Of a stretch of DNA of 64,000 bases, positions 56,744 to 64,000 are shown in pieces. Made by a program: the position numbers and the translations under genes. The notes beneath the pieces were generated by a model. That model did not search any database. It was not told the DNA's origin and was given only the letters and a program-made list of their open reading frames with translations. Location of the stretch: assembly GCA_017504485.1 (NCBI GenBank), contig JAFVRC010000001.1, positions 18,928-82,927 on the forward strand, written 5' to 3'. Origin of the DNA: Alistipes sp. (GTDB lineage Bacteria > Bacteroidota > Bacteroidia > Bacteroidales > Rikenellaceae). Every line of letters starts with the position of its first letter. The first letter of the stretch is position 1.

Positions 56744-58039
56744 TCAGAGGCCAAATTTTGCCACAACTTTATTCATCTTTTCCGCGATTTTATCGTTGCA
56801 GAGACAACCTATGCTACCCTCGTGCGTGTGATTGACCTCACGTGTAGGAGTGTATTCTCCATGCTGCACCTGCATACCCACCTCACGGTAGGCCTCACGG
56901 AAAGGCACGCCCGAGAGCGTCAGGCGGTTCGCATCCTCGACCGTGAAGAGGTAGTCGTAGCAACTGTCGTTAATGACATCGCTGCGGACTATGATGTTCT
57001 GCAACATATAGTCGCACATATCGAGACACTGGCGCAACGTAGTAGTGGCCGGGAAGATTATATCTTTGAGTAGCTGCAAGTCGCGGTGGTAGCCCAACGG
57101 AAGGTTGGCCGTGAGCAGCGAAATCTCGTTGGGCACCGCCTGCAGACGGTTGCACTTGCCACGCATGATCTCGAACACATCGGGGTTCTTCTTGTGCGGC
57201 ATAATGCTCGACCCTGTAGTGAGCGTATCGGGCAGTGTCACAAAGCCGAAGTTCTGGCACATAAACAGGCAGACATCCATCGCAAAGCGGCTGAGTGTCG
57301 AGGCTACCGAGGCGATGGCATAGGAGGCTGCACGCTCGCACTTACCGCGACTCATCTGCGCCGCCACGACATTGTAGTGCATCGTTTCGAAGCCGAGCAA
57401 CTCGGTGGTCATCGTGCGGTTGAGCGGGAACGAAGAGCCATAACCGGCTGCCGAGCCGAGAGGGTTCTGGTTGGCAATATCGTAGGCGGCGGCCACCATC
57501 TGCATATCATCGACAAGCGACTCGGCATAGGCGCCGAACCAGAGGCCGAAGGATGACGGCATAGCCACCTGAAGGTGGGTATATCCGGGCATAAGCACCT
57601 CCTTATGTTCCTCGCTGAGGCTTTGCAGACGGTCGAAAAGCCGCTTGACACCGACAGCTATGCCTCTCAACTCGTCCCTCATAAAGAGTTTCAAATCGAC
57701 CAACACCTGATCGTTGCGCGAGCGACCCGAGTGAATCTTCTTGCCCACGTCACCAAGCGAGCGTGTGAGCATAAGCTCAACCTGCGAGTGGATATCCTCC
57801 ACCCCCTCCTCAATAACAAACTCACCACGCTCGATGGTGCCCAATATCTTTTCGAGTTCGGCCAACAACACGGGCAACTCGACGGCATCGATAAGGCCTA
57901 TACTCTCAAGCATCCGTATATGCGCCATCGACCCCTCGACATCGTAGCGTGCGAGGCGCAGGTCGAGCTCGCGGTCGTTGCCGACCGTAAAATCCTCGAT
58001 AGCTCTATCGGGTTCAAAGCCCTTATTCCAAAGTTTCAT
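56744..58039 (-). CDS. argH: Argininosuccinate lyase
   Basis: KLWNKG, HSGRSRNDQ, PGYTHLQ and GSSIMPHKKNPD motifs. Confidence 0.97.
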   Translation of the reverse strand: MKLWNKGFEPDRAIEDFTVGNDRELDLRLARYDVEGSMAHIRMLESIGLIDAVELPVLLAELEKILGTIERGEFVIEEGVEDIHSQVELMLTRSLGDVGKKIHSGRSRNDQVLVDLKLFMRDELRGIAVGVKRLFDRLQSLSEEHKEVLMPGYTHLQVAMPSSFGLWFGAYAESLVDDMQMVAAAYDIANQNPLGSAAGYGSSFPLNRTMTTELLGFETMHYNVVAAQMSRGKCERAASYAIASVASTLSRFAMDVCLFMCQNFGFVTLPDTLTTGSSIMPHKKNPDVFEIMRGKCNRLQAVPNEISLLTANLPLGYHRDLQLLKDIIFPATTTLRQCLDMCDYMLQNIIVRSDVINDSCYDYLFTVEDANRLTLSGVPFREAYREVGMQVQHGEYTPTREVNHTHEGSIGCLCNDKIAEKMNKVVAKFGL

Positions 58040-59117
58040 ATCCAGCAAGTTCTTTTATTAGCGAGATATAGATGGCTATGCCCTCCTCTATCTCCGAAAT
58101 CTCGATATATTCATCTGCGGTGTGCGAGCGAGCCGAGTCGCCGACACCCATCTTCAAGGCCGGAAAGGCGCGCATCAACGCCCTATCCGAGAGCGTAGGC
58201 GAGATGAAACTCTCGCGACCGATATTCGTCGCCGCAACAACAAGCGGATGCGACGGCGAGATGGCCGACGACTGCAATCGCGTGGAGCGTGCAGTGAGTA
58301 GCGAGTGCCTAACTACGCTCTGCAACTGCGCAACAACCTCCTCGTTGGAGTAGGCATCCGTAGTCCGTACATCGACCACATAGCGACACTCGGCAGGCAC
58401 GATATTGTGCTGCACACCGGCGGCAATTTGCGTAACCGATATCTTCACATCGCCCAACACCTCACTGCTTCGCTCGAAACGAAAATCGCGCAGCAGGACG
58501 ATATCCTCTATAGCCTTGTAGAGTGCATTTTCGCCCTCGTTGCGTGCGGCGTGGCCACTGCGCCCCGCAGTCACTCCGTCGAGCACCACGAGTCCTCTCT
58601 CGCCCAACGCGGCGTGCATCGAGGTAGGCTCACCGACTATCGCCATAGAGATTGTGATGCCGCACTTCTCGAACTCGGCGAGCATGGCACTCATACCCTC
58701 TCGCCCCATATTCTCCTCCTCGGCCGTGATAGCCAGAACAAGGTTGAAGGGAAGCGAAGCACTACTGCTAAAGTGCGAAAAGAGAGCAATAAGACTCACG
58801 ACCGAGGCACCGGCATCGTTGCTGCCCAAGCCATAAAGTCGGCCGCCCTCGAACCTCGCCTCGAAGGGGTCGAAAGTGTAGCCTACGGTGGGTTTTACGG
58901 TATCGTGATGCGACGTGAGCAGCAGCGTAGGCTTGGCGGCATCGAACCCCTCGGCAACGGCCCACACATTGTTGTAGCAGCGGCGAGGCGAAGCCCCCAT
59001 ATCGGTCAGAAAACGCTCGATAATCGTTGCCGTAGCAGCCTCCTCACCCGAAATCGAGGGGGTACTGATGAGCGCGGCAAGCAGCTCGACCGCCATATCA
59101 ACAGAGACTATACGCAT
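58023..59117 (-). CDS. argE: M20 deacylase (ArgE-like)
   Basis: SHHDTV, GLGSNDAG, EEE, GEPT and HAA motifs; arg operon context; start trimmed to ATG 59117. Confidence 0.85.
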   Translation of the reverse strand: MRIVSVDMAVELLAALISTPSISGEEAATATIIERFLTDMGASPRRCYNNVWAVAEGFDAAKPTLLLTSHHDTVKPTVGYTFDPFEARFEGGRLYGLGSNDAGASVVSLIALFSHFSSSASLPFNLVLAITAEEENMGREGMSAMLAEFEKCGITISMAIVGEPTSMHAALGERGLVVLDGVTAGRSGHAARNEGENALYKAIEDIVLLRDFRFERSSEVLGDVKISVTQIAAGVQHNIVPAECRYVVDVRTTDAYSNEEVVAQLQSVVRHSLLTARSTRLQSSAISPSHPLVVAATNIGRESFISPTLSDRALMRAFPALKMGVGDSARSHTADEYIEISEIEEGIAIYISLIKELAGYETLE

Positions 59118-59887
59118 CACTTCAAAATCTTCGTTCCACAATCCGCAAGCAACTCGGTCGAGTGCTTGATTATCACGCGGCGCACGCCCCGCTCGAGGGC
59201 CGCAAAAGCCCCGTCTATCTTCGGTATCATACCTTTGCTTACGACCGAGTCGGCCAATAGTTGCCGATAGTTCTCGGGGCAAATCTCCTCGATCACGGAG
59301 TCTGGGTTATCGACATCTGACAATACGCCCCTCTTCTCGAAGCAGAGGAGCAACTCCGTCTCCGTCTTGCGAGCCGCAGCCACAGCTACAGCCGAGGCCA
59401 CGGAGTCGGCATTGCAGTTGAGCAGCGTGCCGCAGCCATCGTGCATTATCGAGCAGATGACCGGCACAACGCCCTGCACCGTGAGGCCCACAAGGAAGTC
59501 GGCATTGACACCCTCTGTTGCAATATCGCCGACGAAACCAAAATCAACGGGCTGTGGTGCACGGCGCGTAGCCTTGACAACACCCGCATCAGCGCCCGAG
59601 AGCCCTATGGCATTGCACCCAGCAGCCTGCAAACGAGCCACGATACGCTTGTTGATAAGGCCGGCATAGACCATTGTCACCACATCTATCGTTTCGGAAT
59701 CGGTGACACGGCGACCATCAATCATCGTTGTCTGAATACCGAGTTGCTCGCAGAGGCGCGTGGCGAGGCGACCGCCGCCATGTACGAGAATCTTCTCGCC
59801 CTCGAGGGCCGAAAAGTCACGAATGAAGCTATCGAGAGCCGCATCATCATCTATCACATTACCGCCAATCTTGACAACCTTCATCAT
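59117..59887 (-). CDS. argB: Acetylglutamate kinase
   Basis: VKIGG, VHGGG, GRRVTD, NCNAD and GMIPK motifs. Confidence 0.95.
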   Translation of the reverse strand: MMKVVKIGGNVIDDDAALDSFIRDFSALEGEKILVHGGGRLATRLCEQLGIQTTMIDGRRVTDSETIDVVTMVYAGLINKRIVARLQAAGCNAIGLSGADAGVVKATRRAPQPVDFGFVGDIATEGVNADFLVGLTVQGVVPVICSIMHDGCGTLLNCNADSVASAVAVAAARKTETELLLCFEKRGVLSDVDNPDSVIEEICPENYRQLLADSVVSKGMIPKIDGAFAALERGVRRVIIKHSTELLADCGTKILK

Positions 59888-60840
59888 TACAACTCCTCCA
59901 ACAACCGTTTGATGACCACTTGCGCCGAAATCTCGCGATTAGCCGCCTCCGGGATGACAAGACTGCGCTCCGATTCGATAACCTCGTCTGTCACAATCAT
60001 ATTGCGGCGCACGGGGAGGCAGTGCATAAAGTAGGCGTTATTCGTAAGGGACATCTTTGCACTATCCACCGTCCAATCCCTATCAGTCGAGAGCACCTCG
60101 CCGTAGCACTCATCAGCAAAGGCCGACCAATTCTTCGCATATATGAAGTCGGCACCCTCGAAGGCCTTGCGCTGGTCGTACTCAATCTGCTTGGGGCGCA
60201 CAAAGCGCGAATCGAGTTCATAACCCTTCGGATGCGTAACTACCAGCTCGTAGTCGGCCGCATTCATCCACTCGGCAAAGGAGTTTGGCACGGCCTGCGG
60301 CAGAGCCTTCGGATGCGGAGCCCACGTCAGCACCACCTTCGGGCGAGCCTTCGTCTTATGCTCCTCGATGGTGATGAGGTCGGCAAAACTCTGCAACGGA
60401 TGGCCCGTAGCGGCCTCCATCGAGAATACGGGGCGGCCCGAGTAGCGGATAAACTGCTCGATGACACGCTCCTCGTAGTCCTCGCACTTATCCTTCAGGC
60501 CGGCAAACGAGCGCACACCAATAATATCGCAGTAGCTGCCCATAACGGGAATAGCCTCCAATAGATGCTCCGCCTTGTCGCCATCCATCACCACGCCGCG
60601 CTCGGTTTCGAGCCGCCAAGCACCCTGATTAACATCGAGCACGATGACGTTCATGCCGAGATTCATCGCCGCCTTCTGCGTCGAAAGGCGCGTGCGAAGC
60701 GACGAGTTGAAGAATATCATCAGCAGCGTCTTGTTGCGCCCCATCTCGACAAAGGCAAAGCGATTTTTCTTTACCTCCAACGCCTCGGCAACCGCGCGAT
60801 CGAGGTCGCCAATATCGGCTACACTTGTAAACTTTCTCAT
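59887..60840 (-). CDS. argF: N-succinyl/N-acetylornithine carbamoyltransferase
   Basis: SLRTR, HPLQ, WAPHPKALP and HCLP motifs. Confidence 0.92.
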   Translation of the reverse strand: MRKFTSVADIGDLDRAVAEALEVKKNRFAFVEMGRNKTLLMIFFNSSLRTRLSTQKAAMNLGMNVIVLDVNQGAWRLETERGVVMDGDKAEHLLEAIPVMGSYCDIIGVRSFAGLKDKCEDYEERVIEQFIRYSGRPVFSMEAATGHPLQSFADLITIEEHKTKARPKVVLTWAPHPKALPQAVPNSFAEWMNAADYELVVTHPKGYELDSRFVRPKQIEYDQRKAFEGADFIYAKNWSAFADECYGEVLSTDRDWTVDSAKMSLTNNAYFMHCLPVRRNMIVTDEVIESERSLVIPEAANREISAQVVIKRLLEEL

Positions 60841-61958
60841 AACAGCTCCTTGAAGTTTTTGAGGAATATATCAATATCCGCGCGACCAATTGTCAGGGCC
60901 GGCAGCAATCTTACGGTCGAGGCACCTGCGCCTCCCGTAAATATCTTGCGCTCGAAGAGCAAGCGACGGCGCAGCTCGGCCGCCGAGCCGTCAATCTCGA
61001 TGCCGACCATAAGACCTCGGCCGCGCACCTCTCTAATCTTCTCTATCTTTTGCAGCTCCGAAATAAGGTAGTCGCCCATTTCGCGGGCGTTATCCACCAG
61101 ATGCTCGCTCTCGATTACGTCGAGTACGGCGATAGCCGCGGCACACGCCAAATGGTTGCCGCCGAAGGTGGTGCCCAACATTCCGGGCTTGGCCTCGAAG
61201 TGCGGGGCGATAAGCACTCCGCCCATAGGAAAGCCGTTGGCGATACCTTTGGCTACAGTCACGATATCGGCCTTGATACCCGAGTGCTGATGTGCGAAAA
61301 AGTCGCCACTGCGGCCATAGCCCGACTGAATTTCGTCGGCAATAAGCACGACACCGCTCTCTGCAGTCACGGCACGCAGCTGACGCAGGAACTCATCGGT
61401 CGGCGGGTGTATGCCCGCAACGCCCTGTATGCCCTCGATAATCACGGCACAGAACTCACCCGTGGCAAGTCGCTCCCTGACGGCTGCAATATCGTTCAGC
61501 GGCACAAACTCGACATTCGCCGTGCAGTTGAACGGAGCCACAATCTTCGGATTATCCGTTGCGGCCACGGCCCCCGACGTACGGCCGTGGAAGGCCTTGC
61601 CGAAGGCGAGAAGTTTGCGCTTGCCCGTGTGGAACGAGGCTAACTTTATGGCGTTCTCGTTGGCCTCCGCGCCCGAATTACACAAGAAGAGTGAATAGTC
61701 GGCATAGCCGCTCACACGCCCCAGACGCTCAGCCAAGGCGGTTTGCAGTGAATTTTGCACCGAATTGGAGTAGAAGCCGAGTTTGGCGACCTGCTGCGCA
61801 ACAGCCTCGACATAGCGAGGATGCGCGTGGCCGATACTTATCACGGCATGGCCACCATAGAGGTCGAGATACTTCGTGCCATCGGCCGTATATACATAGC
61901 TACCTTCCCCCCTGACGGGTTCCACCTCGTAGAGAGGATATACATCGAACATTTTCAT
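60837..61958 (-). CDS. argD: Acetylornithine aminotransferase
   Basis: NSGAEANE, FHGRT, DEIQSG, AKG and GTTFGGN motifs. Confidence 0.93.
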   Translation of the reverse strand: MKMFDVYPLYEVEPVRGEGSYVYTADGTKYLDLYGGHAVISIGHAHPRYVEAVAQQVAKLGFYSNSVQNSLQTALAERLGRVSGYADYSLFLCNSGAEANENAIKLASFHTGKRKLLAFGKAFHGRTSGAVAATDNPKIVAPFNCTANVEFVPLNDIAAVRERLATGEFCAVIIEGIQGVAGIHPPTDEFLRQLRAVTAESGVVLIADEIQSGYGRSGDFFAHQHSGIKADIVTVAKGIANGFPMGGVLIAPHFEAKPGMLGTTFGGNHLACAAAIAVLDVIESEHLVDNAREMGDYLISELQKIEKIREVRGRGLMVGIEIDGSAAELRRRLLFERKIFTGGAGASTVRLLPALTIGRADIDIFLKNFKELL

Positions 61959-62920
61959 CAGAATCCGCTCGGTTTAAGGTTAAGTCCCAACTTCTCGTCG
62001 AAGCCGAACATAATATTCATATTCTGCACAGCCTGCCCAGAAGCTCCCTTGAGGAGGTTGTCGATAACGGCAACGATATGCAATTTGGAGCCGTGCTTGG
62101 CAACCTGCACGACGGCCTTGTTGGTATTGACCACCTGCTTGAGGTCAATATCGCGCTCGGCAACAAAGGTAAAGGCGGCATCGGCATAGAACTCCTTGTA
62201 GAGCTGCACGGCCTGCTCGGCCGAGAGGCTGCACTCGGTATATACCGAGGCGAAGATGCCGCGAGCGAAGTCGCCACGCATAGGCACGAAGTTCAGTACC
62301 TTGTCAAACGATGGTTGCAAAGTGCGGAGCGTGCGCCCTATCTCGGCGAGGTGTTGATGCTCGAAGGCCTTATAGATCGAGATATTGTCCGTGCGCCACG
62401 AGAAGTGGGTGGTAGCCGAAGGCTTCACGCCGGCGCCCGTCGAGCCCGTAATGGCAGTAATGTGCACCTCGTCGCTCAACAGCTGCGCCTTGGCCAACGG
62501 CAACAACGCCACCTGAATAGCCGTGGCGAAGCAGCCCGGATTGGCGAGCTTCGAGGTTGAGGCGATGCGGCTACGGTTAATCTCCGGCAGACCATAGACA
62601 TACCCCTCGCTCTCGTCGCGGAAGTCCTGCGCAAGGTCGATAACCTTCAAGTGCTCGGGCCTCGCGTTCTCCTCCCAAAAGGTGCGGCTATGGCCGTGCG
62701 CCGAGCAGAGAAAGAGCAGGTCGATAGTCCCCAGGTCGTGGTCGGCCGAGAAGCACAGATCGGTATCGCCGATAAGCCCCCCATGCACCTCACTCACCGC
62801 ACGGCCTGCGTTGCTCGTCGAGCAGACAAACACGACCTCTGCCTGCGGGTGGTGGAGCAGCAGGCGCAGAAGCTCGCCTGCCGTATAGCCTGCACCACCT
62901 ATGATACCTACCCTAACCAT
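61958..62920 (-). CDS. argC: N-acetyl-gamma-glutamyl-phosphate reductase
   Basis: GAGYTAGEL, ANPGCF and DNLLKGASGQA motifs. Confidence 0.96.
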   Translation of the reverse strand: MVRVGIIGGAGYTAGELLRLLLHHPQAEVVFVCSTSNAGRAVSEVHGGLIGDTDLCFSADHDLGTIDLLFLCSAHGHSRTFWEENARPEHLKVIDLAQDFRDESEGYVYGLPEINRSRIASTSKLANPGCFATAIQVALLPLAKAQLLSDEVHITAITGSTGAGVKPSATTHFSWRTDNISIYKAFEHQHLAEIGRTLRTLQPSFDKVLNFVPMRGDFARGIFASVYTECSLSAEQAVQLYKEFYADAAFTFVAERDIDLKQVVNTNKAVVQVAKHGSKLHIVAVIDNLLKGASGQAVQNMNIMFGFDEKLGLNLKPSGF

Positions 62921-64000
62921 TCTGTCGCTTTTTATTGTAGTATATCTTCATCGAGTTGCCCATAATCTTGGTGAAGCCCTTCACGTCGTCGGCACTCCAC
63001 GCCTTGTTCACCTCGCCATACTCACCGAAGTCGGTCTTCATAAGATCGAAGTCGGTGGTTACGCCGACAAGTGTATAGCTATATGGGCGCAACGTAATCT
63101 CGACCGTACCATTGACATTCTGCTGCGTGCTGTCAAGGAAAGCCTCCATGTCGCGCATCGTAGGGTCGAGGTACTGCGCCTCGTGCAGGAACATACCGTA
63201 CCAAGTGCCTATCTGCTCCTTCCAATAGAGTTGCCACTTGGTGAGCGTATGCTTCTCGAGCATCTTGTGAGCCGCAATGATGAGCATCGGCGCGGCGGCC
63301 TCGAAGCCCACACGCCCCTTAATGCCTATAATCGTGTCGCCGACATGCATATCGCGTCCTATGCCGTAGGCCGAACCTATCTTCTCGATTGTGCGGATAG
63401 CCTCCACCTTATCGGCATAATCCACACCATTCACTGCCGCGATTTCACCATTTGCGAATGTGAGCGTCAGGCTCTCCTCGCCGCTCTTGGTTACCTGACT
63501 CGGGTAGGCACTCTCAGGCAGTGTCTGCTCCGATTTGAGGGTCTCCTTGCCACCGATGCTTGTGCCCCACAGCCCCTTGTTTATCGAGTATTCGAGTTTC
63601 GTGAAGTCGGTCTGATAGCCGTGCTCTTTGAGGTAGCTAATCTCGTACTCGCGCGTAAGTGTCATATCGCGTGTCGGCGTGATAATCTCAATCTCGGGGG
63701 CGAGAATCTGGAAGGTCAAGTCGAAACGCACCTGGTCGTTGCCAGCACCCGTCGAACCGTGAGCCACGCAGTGGGCACCTACCCTCTTCGCATATTCGAT
63801 GATGGCGATAGCCTGGAACGTACGCTCCGAGGAGACCGAAATCGGATAAGTGCCATTGCGAAGGATATTGCCATATACCATATATTTAATACACTTGTGG
63901 TAATACTCCTCCGTAACATCGAGCGCAACGTGGTGCGCGGCACCCAACTTATAGGCACGCTCCTCGATAGCAGCAAGTTCCTCGTCCGAGATGCCGCCCG
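62913..64000 (-). CDS. argG: Argininosuccinate synthase (5' end outside the window)
   Basis: AHGSTGAGNDQVRF and GIKGR motifs; arg operon context. Confidence 0.95.
   Translation of the reverse strand, partial: GGISDEELAAIEERAYKLGAAHHVALDVTEEYYHKCIKYMVYGNILRNGTYPISVSSERTFQAIAIIEYAKRVGAHCVAHGSTGAGNDQVRFDLTFQILAPEIEIITPTRDMTLTREYEISYLKEHGYQTDFTKLEYSINKGLWGTSIGGKETLKSEQTLPESAYPSQVTKSGEESLTLTFANGEIAAVNGVDYADKVEAIRTIEKIGSAYGIGRDMHVGDTIIGIKGRVGFEAAAPMLIIAAHKMLEKHTLTKWQLYWKEQIGTWYGMFLHEAQYLDPTMRDMEAFLDSTQQNVNGTVEITLRPYSYTLVGVTTDFDLMKTDFGEYGEVNKAWSADDVKGFTKIMGNSMKIYYNKKRQNG

Overview
Bacteroidota chromosomal window, Alistipes/Rikenellaceae-like (inferred from TAnnTTTG promoters, a SusC/D locus and arg/aro gene content). 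A visibly AT-rich ~17.7 kb integrative element sits in the 3' end of tRNA-Ser(CGA), bounded by 21-bp att repeats at 3234-3254 and 20925-20945. It carries a tyrosine integrase, an Xis-like protein, a serine recombinase, an SF2-helicase/primase-like fusion, orphan ORFs including two very acidic proteins, and a 1623-aa coiled-coil/LRR lipoprotein with a DUF1566-like tip. I see no capsid, relaxase, T4SS or reverse transcriptase gene. The most striking signal is non-coding: two leaders in the element (before the replicase and before the giant lipoprotein) are built from hairpins whose loops are perfectly complementary to the loop of a downstream terminator-like hairpin, each with a different loop sequence. 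The element also has a closed ~255-nt multi-stem RNA candidate and a 21-bp element-specific promoter/operator repeat. The GC-rich host part holds lipoproteins, purC, pyrH-tlpA-frr, an S8-protease SusCD locus, a TonB receptor with a CxxC...RAPP leader, the pheA-aminotransferase-tyrA-aroF operon with a Phe/Tyr attenuator, and the arg operon. All calls come from reading sequence and motifs; no searches or folding programs were run.
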